Assembly (NCBI RefSeq): GCF_055900595.2
Contig: NZ_JBVWEU010000002.1
Direction: 5' to 3' (one strand)
Origin: a plasmid
DNA length: 64,000 nt
Numbering within the stretch: position 1 is the first letter of the stretch; each line of letters starts with the position of its first letter. Shown here one piece after another: positions 1 through 10,412 of the stretch. The notes below the pieces were generated by a model. It was not told the origin of the DNA. It ran no database searches and saw only the letters and a program-made list of their open reading frames with translations. A program made the translations under genes and the position numbers.

Positions 1-138
1 CAACCCAAAGTGGAAGCCATTATTGATTTCATCAATGCCAGCCAGCAACAAGGCAAACAGGCCAGCGGACTGATTACTTCACCGCAAACCATAAAAGCAG
101 CCCTGGCACATCAGAGCGGAACATGGATAACCCTTTAA
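1..138 (+). CDS. 3' terminal fragment of an unidentified gene (5' end outside window)
   Basis: Frame 1 is open from the window edge to TAA at 136-138; the next gene starts 17 bp downstream. Confidence 0.3.
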   Translation, partial: QPKVEAIIDFINASQQQGKQASGLITSPQTIKAALAHQSGTWITL

Positions 139-154
139 TTCTCTGGAGAACACA

Positions 155-544
155 ATGACTACAACACTTTTAGCCGTTAACGGAACGCTGATGCGCGGTC
201 TGGAACTCAACCCAAATATGCAAAAAGCTGGCGGTATTTTTGTCCGTGAAGACCGAACTGACGCCCATTACCGGTTATGGAGTATTAATGATCGTCATCC
301 CGGAATGATCCGCGTGAATGAAGGAGGAGCACACGTAGACGTAGAAATCTGGCAACTGCCTCTGGCCAGTTTTGCCGAACTGTTAATGAACGAACCCGAA
401 GGCCTGACCATTGGAAAAATCAAACTTGCCGATGGTAGCGAAGTACTGGGCGTACTGGCAGAAAGCTGGCTGACTGAAGGCCAGAAGGAGATTACAGCAC
501 TGGGGGGCTGGCGCAAATACACCGGGAATTTTCACACGATGTAA
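155..544 (+). CDS. small hypothetical protein, possibly gamma-glutamylcyclotransferase-like
   Basis: 129-aa ORF tightly linked upstream of the permease gene; family guess rests only on the N-terminal motif LLAVNGTLMRG. Confidence 0.4.
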   Translation: MTTTLLAVNGTLMRGLELNPNMQKAGGIFVREDRTDAHYRLWSINDRHPGMIRVNEGGAHVDVEIWQLPLASFAELLMNEPEGLTIGKIKLADGSEVLGVLAESWLTEGQKEITALGGWRKYTGNFHTM

Positions 545-569
545 CGCGCATTTATAAAGGAAACATATT

Positions 570-1790
570 ATGCGTAAAGAAGATAATATGAATACGGCAT
601 CAGGATTGCGTATTACCATGATTTTGCTGGGTATTGCCGTCACACCTGTGCTGTTGTCATCCTCAAGCCTCGGCAATCAACTTTCCAGTGGTAGTTTAAT
701 TAGCGTCGTACTATTAGGCGGCGTCATTCTGACCTTACTTTCAGCCATCACCATTAGTGTGGGAGAAAAAGCCCGCCTGCCAACATACGGTATTGTGAAA
801 TATTCATTTGGCGAAAAAGGGGCCATCGCCATTAATATTTTGATGGCTATAAGTCTGTTCGGCTGGATTGCCGTTACCGCTAATATGTTTGGTCATTCGG
901 TGCATGACTTACTGGCGCAGAATGGGATTGAAGCGCCACTGGCACTGTTAGTGGCAGCTGGTTGTGTCATTTTTGTCGCCTCTACGGCCTTTGGTTTTTC
1001 CATTCTGGGCAAAGTTGCCCAGGTCGCCGTGCCGGTTATCGCACTGGTGCTGTGTTATATACTCTATGTGGCAACCCATACCGAAGTATCAGCGCCAGCA
1101 GCGATAGCGGAGATGAGTACAGGTGTCGCCGTTTCCACCGTTGTTGGCACTATTATTGTGCTGGTTGCTACACTTCCCGACTTCGGTAGTTTTGTACATA
1201 ACCGAAAACATGCTCTGATTGCCGCAGGTATGACGTTTCTGGTTGCCTACCCTCTGCTATACTGGGCGGGTGCAACGCCGAGTGCCATTAGCGGCCAGGG
1301 CTCTTTACTGAATGCTATGGCAGTATTCGGTGCGGTTATGCCTGCAGCACTGTTGCTGATATTCGCCTGCGTCACCGGTAATGCGGGCAATATGTTCCAG
1401 GGGACGTTGGTAGTTTCCACACTGCTTAGCCGCTTTCCCAAATGGCAGATTACCGTTGCGCTGGGTATCCTTTCCGCCATCGTAGGCAGTATGGATATTA
1501 TGGCGTGGTTTATTCCGTTTCTGCTGTTCCTGGGTATCGCGACTCCCCCAGTTGCCGGAATTTATATCGCTGACTTTTTCCTTTATCGCCGTAATGGCTA
1601 TCAAGAGTCGGTGTTAACTCAGGAGTCACAGGTTAAAGTACTGACATTCGCTGCATGGATCACAGGCACAGCGGTTGGCTTTATGACCGTAAAAGGCTTA
1701 TTCACCCTGACGACGATCCCTTCAGTTGACTCCATTCTGGTGGCATGTATCGCGTATGCGATTCTCAGTCGGGCAAGTCAACACCGCTAA
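570..1790 (+). CDS. NCS1-family cytosine/purine permease (CodB-like)
   Basis: 406-aa polytopic membrane protein; length and hydrophobic-segment pattern resemble E. coli CodB as recalled. Confidence 0.65.
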   Translation: MRKEDNMNTASGLRITMILLGIAVTPVLLSSSSLGNQLSSGSLISVVLLGGVILTLLSAITISVGEKARLPTYGIVKYSFGEKGAIAINILMAISLFGWIAVTANMFGHSVHDLLAQNGIEAPLALLVAAGCVIFVASTAFGFSILGKVAQVAVPVIALVLCYILYVATHTEVSAPAAIAEMSTGVAVSTVVGTIIVLVATLPDFGSFVHNRKHALIAAGMTFLVAYPLLYWAGATPSAISGQGSLLNAMAVFGAVMPAALLLIFACVTGNAGNMFQGTLVVSTLLSRFPKWQITVALGILSAIVGSMDIMAWFIPFLLFLGIATPPVAGIYIADFFLYRRNGYQESVLTQESQVKVLTFAAWITGTAVGFMTVKGLFTLTTIPSVDSILVACIAYAILSRASQHR

Positions 1791-1867
1791 TTCCTGGGTA
1801 TACTCAGGCAATGATTACGGCTGAATCTGGAGAGATTCAGCCACTTTACCACTGACCAGGGAGCCTT

Positions 1868-2758
1868 ATGTTCATCTCAGACGAAACGATTCGAATTATT
1901 CATCTGGTCGCCAGACACCAGAACATCACCACCGCAGCCGAACAGTTAAATAAAGTCCCTTCTACTATCAGTTACACCCTGAAGAAAGCGGAAGAAACCC
2001 TGGGCGTTGAACTGTTCATTCGTAAGGGACGATATATTGAATTATCTCCGGCGGGGAGTTACTTCATCGAACATAGCAAAAATATTCTCCGCGATCTGGA
2101 TGCATTAAAGCGCAACACAGTGCTGATTCACGATGGTATTGAGCGTGAACTGACAATTGCGGTGAACAATATTATACCTGGTGATTTTCTGGTGTCATTT
2201 ATTCAAGATTTTGAACGGCAATTCACATCAACAACACTGACGGTAGATATTGAAGTATACAACGGCTGCTGGGATGCGCTGTACAGTAAACGTGCTGATC
2301 TGGTCTACGGTGCTCCTCATGCAGTACCAAGCAGTGAAGGCATCATTAGCGAACCGGTCGGACAAATAGAATGGGATTTTGTCGTCAGCCCACTTCATCC
2401 ACTGGCAGTGAAGCGGAATCCATTAGAAAATAGTGAATTGCGTCATTATCCTGCGGTTTGTATCCGGGATACCTCCGTTAACTTCCCCCCAATGCAAGCC
2501 TGGTTGTTGGAAGGACAAAAACCTATTTTTGTTCCTGACTTCGCCATGGCAATCAGCTTAATAGAACAAAACGTCGGTATTGGTTATATTCCACATCATC
2601 TGGCATTGCCGTTATTGAACAGAGGTAAATTGCTTAAAAAGCCAATGCGCGAACATAAACACGCCACCAAGTTATTTCTTGCCGCTCGTTCCGATGGTAT
2701 AGGAAAAGCCTGTCTGTGGTGCATGTCGTATTTAAGAAATAAGCAATTCATGGCGTAA
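1868..2758 (+). CDS. LysR-family transcriptional regulator (AllS-like)
   Basis: 296 aa; N-terminal HTH motif (ITTAAEQLNKVPSTISYTLKKAEETLGVELF) followed by a LysR substrate-binding domain. Confidence 0.8.
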   Translation: MFISDETIRIIHLVARHQNITTAAEQLNKVPSTISYTLKKAEETLGVELFIRKGRYIELSPAGSYFIEHSKNILRDLDALKRNTVLIHDGIERELTIAVNNIIPGDFLVSFIQDFERQFTSTTLTVDIEVYNGCWDALYSKRADLVYGAPHAVPSSEGIISEPVGQIEWDFVVSPLHPLAVKRNPLENSELRHYPAVCIRDTSVNFPPMQAWLLEGQKPIFVPDFAMAISLIEQNVGIGYIPHHLALPLLNRGKLLKKPMREHKHATKLFLAARSDGIGKACLWCMSYLRNKQFMA

Positions 2759-2976
2759 TACCATCAATACAGTGATATTGCCAGGCTCTTCCAGGGTTAT
2801 ACTGAATGCAATGATCCGAAAGGATGATGAATGGATTGATTCATACCACAAGTTTTCATTTTGACATCCTCCACGCCCTAAGGACGAGGGGTCCTGCTTC
2901 AACGGGCGGCATCCGTCATCCGCCAATACATTGAATAGCAGCAGACACCTGGTTAGGTGGAAAACAGCGCCTTATA

Positions 2977-2999
2977 TCCCCGCTGAAGGACGGGGTTTT
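2977..2999 (+). terminator. possible rho-independent terminator
   Basis: hairpin ccccg-ctgaagga-cgggg followed by TTTTA, about 220 bp downstream of the LysR gene. Confidence 0.3.
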
Positions 3000-3173
3000 A
3001 CGGTGCACGGATAAAAGGAGCATGAATGATGGAGTATGTAGAAGTATCGGAGAAAATTTGATATTCTTCTTGATAAAATGAGATTTTCTGCACATATAAG
3101 CATACAGGAGATTCATAGTACAAAAATAAAAAATCATAATAATAAACTTAAATTGACATAACTATAATCAACT

Positions 3174-3581
3174 TTGAACAGGAATATATTAATGATAAAA
3201 CAAAAGGTATTTTTCTCAGGTACTGTACTAGCTATTTTTTTATCTCTCAGCAACGTATCTTTGGCTTCCGGCCTGGATAAAAACATGCAGTCTCTTGCCA
3301 AAAGTATGAGTATTCTACAATCTTCCAATGATAAATCATCACTATTAAATGCTCTTGAAATGATGGATAAATCTGTAGATTCTTCTATGAATATTATTCC
3401 TGAAAAGATAGATGTTAATGATAAAGTTTCTGTAGATAATTATAAGGAAGAGTTAAAAAAACTACAACATGAAATCAATATTGCAAAAAAGAAAGTTGAG
3501 GACGGGAATATAGAATCATTACGTGAGTCTCTGGATAAAATGAACGATATAAAACTTGAAGGTCACCGAAAATTCAGATGA
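3174..3581 (+). CDS. cytochrome b562-family periplasmic protein (CybC-like), divergent
   Basis: 135 aa with signal peptide; alignable to cytochrome b562 including a Met near the mature N-terminus (LDKNMQSL) and a C-terminal His (EGHRKFR) at the expected heme-ligand positions; gene is AT-rich relative to its surroundings. Confidence 0.5.
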   Translation: MNRNILMIKQKVFFSGTVLAIFLSLSNVSLASGLDKNMQSLAKSMSILQSSNDKSSLLNALEMMDKSVDSSMNIIPEKIDVNDKVSVDNYKEELKKLQHEINIAKKKVEDGNIESLRESLDKMNDIKLEGHRKFR

Positions 3582-3832
3582 TCTACAAAAATAAATTTTA
3601 ATATTTAAATACGGCAATATATTTTATCATGTATTGCCGTCTTGGCGTATTCTTTCCGTTCCATTCAATTGCATCTGGCATAACAAGAGAAATAGTAGAC
3701 TCCTCATTACTGCTGTTGTATAACTGCGCACCATAATCTGCTAGACTGGCCCCCTGAATCTCCAGACAACCAATATCACTTAAATAAGTGATAGTCTTAA
3801 TACTAGTTTTTAGACTAGTCATTGGAGAGCAG

Positions 3833-4198
3833 ATGATTGATGTCTTAGGACCGGAGAAACGCAGACGGCGTACTACACAGGAAAAGATCGCTATTGTTCA
3901 GCAGAGTTTTGAACCGGGAATGACGGTCTCCCTTGTAGCCCGGCAACACGGTGTGGCAGCCAGCCAGCTATTTCTCTGGCGCAAGCAATACCAGGAGGGA
4001 AGTCTTACTGCTGTGGCCGCAGGAGAGCAGGTCGTTCCTGCCTCTGAACTTGCTGCTGCCATGAAGCAGATTAAAGAACTCCAGCGCCTGCTCGGCAAAA
4101 AAACGATGGAAAATGAACTCCTTAAAGAAGCCGTTGAATATGGGCGTGCAAAAAAGTGGATAGCGCACGCGCCCTTATTGCCCGGGGATGGGGAGTAA
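3833..4198 (+). CDS. insC: IS2 transposase OrfA (InsC)
   Basis: [40 protein letters not shown] matches IS2 InsC; the annotated ORF starts 15 codons upstream at 3788. Confidence 0.85.
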
Positions 4199-4821
4199 GC
4201 TTAGTCAGCCGTTGTCTCCGGGTGTCGCGTGCGCAGTTGCACGTCATTCTCAGACGAACCGATGACTGGAAAGATGGTCGCCGCAGCCGTCACTCCGATA
4301 ATACGGATGTGCTTCTCCGTATACACCATGTTATCGGAGAGCTGCCCACGTATGGTTATCGTCGGGTATGGGCGCTGCTTCGCAGACAGGCCGAACTTGA
4401 TGGTATGCCTGCGATCAATGCCAAACGTGTTTACCGGATCATGCGCCAGAATGCGCTGTTGCTTGAGCGAAAAACCGCTGTACCGCCATCGAAGCGGGCA
4501 CATACTGGCAAAGTGGCCGTGAAAGAAAGCAATCAACGATGGTGCTCTGACGGGTTCGAGTTCCGCTGTGATAACGGAGAAAAACTGCGAGTCACGTTCG
4601 CGCTGGACTGCTGTGACCGTGAGGCACTGTACTGGGCGGTCACTACGGGCGGCTTCGACAGTGAAACAGTACAGGACGTCATGCCAGGAGCGGTGGAACG
4701 CCGCTTCGGCAACGAGCTTCCGGCGTCTCCAGTAGAGTGGCTGACGGATAATGGTTCATGCTACCGGGCTAATGAAACACGGCAGTTTGCCCGGATGTTG
4801 GGGCTTGAACCGAAGAACACA
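4156..4821 (+). pseudogene. insD: IS2 transposase OrfB (InsD), truncated after about 222 codons
   Basis: [34 protein letters not shown] matches InsD; the frame then continues in-frame into unrelated ABC-transporter sequence. Confidence 0.8.
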
Positions 4822-5292
4822 GAGTTGAGTGCGTCTATCCTGGAGAACGTTGCTGTTGTGCCTCAAAAAGCCGTTCTGGTGCAGGGAACTATTCGTGATA
4901 ATATTCTGTATGGAACCGATGACATTCTTCCCGATGATGAACTGTTTTGCATCCTGAATTCATTAGGGTTAATTAAAGAGGACTGCGGAGAACATTTCCT
5001 TGCTTTCCTAGACCGGGATATTAATCCTCTGGGTAGTGGTTTGAGTGGTGGAGAGATCCAGCGATTATGCATAGCCCGCGCCCTAGCCCGTAAGAAAAAG
5101 ATTATCGTACTTGATGAACCCACGGCCTCTATTGGCGAAGAACTCGCGATAAAGATCATTACCTATATCCGGCAGCATTGCCCTACCGTTATTATTACAA
5201 CTCATAATCCACGAATTCTGGAGCTCGCCGATCATTTTTTTGATGGTATGTCAAAGTCTTGCGTCATTGCTGGAGAAGGCAGAGACCAATAA
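4822..5292 (+). pseudogene. 3' fragment of an ABC-transporter ATP-binding protein gene (exporter type)
   Basis: translation carries ABC signature LSGGEIQR, Walker [11 protein letters not shown] and H-loop TTHN; the 5' two-thirds of the gene is absent (replaced by IS2). Confidence 0.6.
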
Positions 5293-5493
5293 ACCACACA
5301 CGTTAATTCATTTATATCTAATCGGGGTTGTACGCCGGAAACGCCGAAATTTCCGATACAGCGAATTTGTTGATTTTTGAAGCATGTTTGGAAGGTTTTG
5401 ACGTGTACGTTTATGGTGCAGTAAGTGAGAATTTATTCGTACCAGCCATATGATACGTTACGGGCAGTGATTTTTCGCGCTAGACAGCTATTT

Positions 5494-5746
5494 GGGGTTT
5501 GGGGAGTAGTGGAACTCAAAAGGCGGTTAAGCGGTTCAATTGAATGGTCAATAACAGGTAAATCAATCTGTTGAGATCAACAACGTCGTTTGTTCCGCAA
5601 ACGGCCAGGATGAGTAAAGCCAACTTGGCCCCCCCCAAAACAGATAGCCAAGAACGCAGATTCACGATGTAAATTGGCTGGTTGATTTTTGGCTATTTAA
5701 AATGACCGCTTAACGGCGGTTATTGTTCCACTGAGCCTCAAACCCC
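5494..5746. mobile_element. Tn3-family-derived inverted-repeat miniature element (no transposase)
   Basis: 38-bp terminal inverted repeats ggggtttggggagtagtggaac...gttaag (5494-5531) and the reverse complement of ggggtttgaggctcagtggaacaataaccgccgttaag (5709-5746), closely resembling Tn3/gamma-delta 38-bp IRs, flanking about 177 bp of non-coding DNA. Confidence 0.5.
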
Positions 5747-5969
5747 GAAACCTGGATTTTTCCGCGACCAGTAACGGCGTGGGTTGTCACATAAACGACC
5801 GATTGAGTGACTGTCACTGAAACAACGATTTCTGCATCAGATTTCGTCACATAACCCGTCACCTATTCAACGTCATGCAAATCTGTCAATTACTGGCTTT
5901 GGTTACGGAATTTTCTAGGTTTTCGGCTTAGAACCCCAAATAGTCTTAACGTGGTTTATTTTCCGAATT

Positions 5970-6248
5970 TCAAGCGCCCCCCTGGATGAGCGTGATGATT
6001 ACTGGCGGACCTTTGACGTTCCAGCAAATTCCCCTGTTCCACATAGGTTTCCAGATATGACCGGTTATTTTCACGTTCGGTGTACGTGTTACAGCTGCAT
6101 TATCAATATCATCAGGGATAAAATTGTAAGATCGTGGAAAATGTTTATTCATAGCCCGGATGATGGCTGTCTGTGCATCCTTTGTTCGGGCGCGGTGTTT
6201 CCATTCACGCCAGCCATCCACCTCAGAAATAATAACAGTAATCATCAA
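5970..6248 (-). CDS. hypothetical protein
   Basis: 92-aa ORF immediately downstream of and co-oriented with the 233-aa ORF; no family recognised. Confidence 0.35.
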   Translation of the reverse strand: MMITVIISEVDGWREWKHRARTKDAQTAIIRAMNKHFPRSYNFIPDDIDNAAVTRTPNVKITGHIWKPMWNRGICWNVKGPPVIITLIQGGA

Positions 6249-6302
6249 AACCTCGTGTCGTTACTCAATTTTGATTCCATAGCGGGACAGCATTTCACAT
6301 AA

Positions 6303-7004
6303 TTATGCCCCGTTATGAATGCAGGCGTCCTTCAAATTGCTGTCCGGTGTGACAGTTTTCGATGGTTGGTTGCAACGAGCATCTTCTGTCTCTTTCATCC
6401 TGGCGTTATAACGCTGCGTGTGTTTTTCAAGTTTTGCCTGCGCATACAGCGCTTCTTCCTCCGTTACAGTTCCATGAACTTTGCCATCCAGACCATAACG
6501 CGGAGTACCTGCGACTGATATACGCTGCAGATATTTGTAACCGCCAGTAATCATCCTTACAGCACAATTCCATTCTTTTACAGTTAGTCCACACTCAGGA
6601 CTGGCCGAAATAAAAGCCATGACATCCTTTGAGATGCCTATTTTAAATGCATGATATCCCCCCTCTTCAGCCCGTAACTGAGGGAATGTTTTTTTAACAC
6701 AGTCCAGACTGTGTCGGATAAACTCATGATTCCATCTATTGTTCTTCTTTTTTTTCTTCTTCTTACGTCCTGTTTTTTTCTGTTGTTCCGGGGAACCGGC
6801 CACTGTGGCTGGTATTTCAGGAGGTAATGAGTCGGTTTTAAATTCCATTACTGGCGCTGGTTTTATATCATCAGGAACTGCCTGTACAGCATCATCCTGA
6901 TGAGAAAGAATTCGTCTTTTTTTCTTAATAATAACAACAGGTGACGGTTTCTTTGTAACACTGCCCATATACACACCTCTGCGTATCGTTAATATATAAT
7001 GCAC
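6303..7004 (-). CDS. hypothetical protein with internal poly-lysine tract
   Basis: 233-aa ORF (alternative start MGSV at 6968); KKTGRKKKKKKKNNRW tract encoded by AAG/AAA repeats including an A8 run (T8 on the plus strand at 6748-6755). Confidence 0.4.
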   Translation of the reverse strand: MHYILTIRRGVYMGSVTKKPSPVVIIKKKRRILSHQDDAVQAVPDDIKPAPVMEFKTDSLPPEIPATVAGSPEQQKKTGRKKKKKKKNNRWNHEFIRHSLDCVKKTFPQLRAEEGGYHAFKIGISKDVMAFISASPECGLTVKEWNCAVRMITGGYKYLQRISVAGTPRYGLDGKVHGTVTEEEALYAQAKLEKHTQRYNARMKETEDARCNQPSKTVTPDSNLKDACIHNGA

Positions 7005-7070
7005 GACATACAGATAGTATATATCTGAGTCGGTAAAGTCACCAACAGAAGAATAATAACATGTATTTCA

Positions 7071-7349
7071 TTACTGTTCGCGAATTATCACTCTGGATTC
7101 CTTCCTGGTGACATAAGTACAGTTATCAGGTACATCTTCCATAATAAAAGACATTGCCCCGATTTTAACATTACTTCCGATTTTCACATTTAACCCAATA
7201 ATACATGTATGGGCACCAATATCGACATTATCACCAATAACAATATAGTTTTCCCTACTGTCAGAAACCTTTTCACCAATGGTTGTATTCTGCCGTATAA
7301 TGACATTCTCACCGATATCAACATTACCATGAATGACGATTCCTGCATG
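7071..7349 (-). pseudogene. hexapeptide-repeat acetyltransferase (CysE/WcaB-like), C-terminal half
   Basis: reverse translation HAGIVIHGNVDIGENVIIRQNTTIGE...RVIIREQ* with no start codon; abuts the IS1 end at 7350. Confidence 0.6.
7341..7349. repeat. 9-bp target-site duplication tcctgcatg (left copy)
   Basis: identical 9-mer directly abuts the outward-facing IS1 ends at 7350 and 22357. Confidence 0.7.
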
Positions 7350-7630
7350 GGTAATGACTCCAACTTATTGATAGTGTTTTATGTTCAGATAATGCCCGAT
7401 GACTTTGTCATGCAGCTCCACCGATTTTGAGAACGACAGCGACTTCCGTCCCAGCCGTGCCAGGTGCTGCCTCAGGTTCAGGTTATGCCGCTCAATTCGC
7501 TGCGTATATCGCTTGCTGATTACGTGCAGCTTTCCCTTCAGGCGGGATTCATACAGCGGCCAGCCATCCGTCATCCATATCACCACGTCAAAGGGTGACA
7601 GCAGGCTCATAAGACGCCCCAGCGTCGCCA
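7350..7630 (-). mobile_element. IS1, about 280-bp fragment from the IRR end (inverted orientation)
   Basis: GGTAATGACTCCAACTTATTGATAGTG at 7350; encodes the C-terminal 88 aa of InsB on the minus strand, identical to the copy at 22079-22342; similarity ends at about 7630. Confidence 0.85.
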
Positions 7631-7639
7631 CGGAAAGAA

Positions 7640-8486
<847 letters not shown>

Positions 8487-9095
8487 TAATTACACTGTGG
8501 GTTGACGCCGGAAGAATCAGAGAACAGATACCGTTCTTACTGTAAAACGTGGCTAATATTAATTGAGCACTGCAGTGTTCAGAGCACAAAGAAGAAAAAA
8601 GATGTGTGCGAATGCCTGTAATGTGTTAAAAGAATGTTCCGCGTTTCCGGTACGCTTTTCGTAACTAACAATGCAGGGTGACGTAACGCTGGTTGTGCCG
8701 GAAACGCGTCCCTCCCCCTATCTTTCCTGTTTGGATTTGCCCCTATATTTCTGGATTATCCGACAAAACCGGCGTGAAGTATTACTCTCGTCGCCCAGCA
8801 CCATAAGGATAACGCCCATAAAATCATGAAACTTTTCTTCCAGATTGGATACAATCAGGCCGAAACGGTGATGAATATTATCCAAATCTGATGGTTCGTA
8901 GCGTTTTCAGCCCCCAGATTCTGAGTTGCCTGTAGGGATGATTTCAATTCCCGATTTGTCTATCGCATAGAGAAAAAGAATTTCATTTCTGTTCACCAGA
9001 ACCCATGTAACCCACTCCAATTCGTTATTTATCTCACTGATTGCCCTTCATTTATCTCATTGATGCACCGAAAGGTAAAACTGCCATCCGGTGCA

Positions 9096-10025
9096 TCACG
9101 CTCGATGCATCAAATCCTGATAAATCCCCGTCAGTATTCCTTGTAAGCTAAATTCTCTTTTTATCCACTGAGTGACTTGACCGCTTGCCGAATGCCTGGT
9201 TGCCAACAGCATTCGTGAATCCTGACGTGGGTTGTGGATCTGCCGTGTCACCAGCAATGACTTTTCCATCGCTTCACGCACCATATAGTCTGGCAGAAAA
9301 CCGATTCCCTCCCCCAAGATCTGGCACTGAAGCTTAGTATTAAAGTCGGGAACCAGAATCGACTCTTGCCCGTGTAACAGCCAGCCGACTTTTTTGTTTA
9401 TAGTGTTTGCAGTGTCTTCCACCATGATGTTCGGGTACAGACGTAACTGACTCTCAGAAATGGGCTCAGGAATAAACGCCAGCGGATGAGCCGGAGAAAT
9501 CGCGAACAACCAACGAATCATGCCGATTTCAATGTAATCAATTCCACCACCGTCCAGTAACGTATCGGGCGCGCCAATGGCGATATCAGCCTGGTTATTA
9601 ATGAGTGAATCCCAGACGCCATTATACACCTCTGTAGTAATAGCTATCTGGCAGGTTGGAAAGTGTTCCCTGAGCACTTGCAGAAGCCGAGCTGTATGCT
9701 GAGGGGTATACAACAGTTGATTAATACAAATGCGCACCCGGGATTTAATTCCCTGAGCGATGGCATCAACTCTACGTATGATGGAGTGGTAATCGTTGAG
9801 CAGGTCAGTTGCTTTGCAAAAAAGGTAGTGCCCGGGCTCGGTCAGCTCAATGCTACGGGTAGTTCGGGTAAAAAGCACCACGTCAAGCCCCATTTCCATA
9901 CGCTTGATAGTGTAACTAATTGCCGATGTGGTTAAGCCCAGTTCCTTCGCCGCCTTGCTGAAACTTCTATAGCGGGCAGCCATAGTAAATGCCAGTAAGT
10001 TTTCTTCCGTAAATATTGAATTCAT
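9096..10025 (-). CDS. LysR-family transcriptional regulator (YahB-like)
   Basis: HTH motif FSKAAKELGLTTSAISYTIKRMEMGLDVVLF; start placed at the internal ATG (MNSIFTEENLL) rather than the 352-aa extended ORF. Confidence 0.8.
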   Translation of the reverse strand: MNSIFTEENLLAFTMAARYRSFSKAAKELGLTTSAISYTIKRMEMGLDVVLFTRTTRSIELTEPGHYLFCKATDLLNDYHSIIRRVDAIAQGIKSRVRICINQLLYTPQHTARLLQVLREHFPTCQIAITTEVYNGVWDSLINNQADIAIGAPDTLLDGGGIDYIEIGMIRWLFAISPAHPLAFIPEPISESQLRLYPNIMVEDTANTINKKVGWLLHGQESILVPDFNTKLQCQILGEGIGFLPDYMVREAMEKSLLVTRQIHNPRQDSRMLLATRHSASGQVTQWIKREFSLQGILTGIYQDLMHRA

Positions 10026-10412
10026 CTTTCTTTCCTCTGGCGACAATACACATACACAACATGATGATTGTTGAATGTATTTGTAATTCTTATAACCGAC
10101 AATCAGTTTTGAAAAAACTAACACCGTATTTACATTTAATTTGAAGGAAATCACACATCTGAATTTTAATTACAGGCAGCTATCCGTGCTGCAGACCACC
10201 TTTATTTATATGACTGCGGATTAATGGCTAAAATATCCCCAGCTATAATAGAAATATTGCACTATATCACACTCTCTTATTATTGTTAATTTTGTTTCAA
10301 TAATTCATGGTCTAATGATGAGTAAATTTTAAATGGATGGTGCTCTATGCATTCTGTTGCTATTCTTGGCTTGTTATATTTGTAAAATCTTAAAAAGAGC
10401 AGGAGATCGATT

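Larger units (their letters stand above)
3742..4821 (+). mobile_element. IS2, 5' portion only (3' end about 250 bp missing)
   Basis: left end TAGACTGGCCCCCTGAATCTCC at 3742; insC complete; insD sequence diverges from IS2 after codon 222 at about 4821. Confidence 0.85.

Noticed and set aside
4156-5292. 378-aa ORF that looks like a single protein
   Set aside because: It is a chimera: the first roughly 222 codons are IS2 InsD and the rest is the 3' end of an ABC ATPase gene, so it is treated as two pseudogene fragments rather than a functional fusion.
8643-8710. 11-bp inverted repeat cgcgtttccgg / ccggaaacgcg separated by about 45 bp
   Set aside because: It could be an IS end remnant or a REP-like hairpin, but it matches none of the IS termini identified here and has no flanking support.
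9096-10154. 352-aa extended form of the YahB-like LysR regulator
   Set aside because: The extra 43 N-terminal codons precede the conserved HTH start (MNSIFTEENLL) and lie in the divergent promoter region; the internal ATG at 10025 is the more plausible start.
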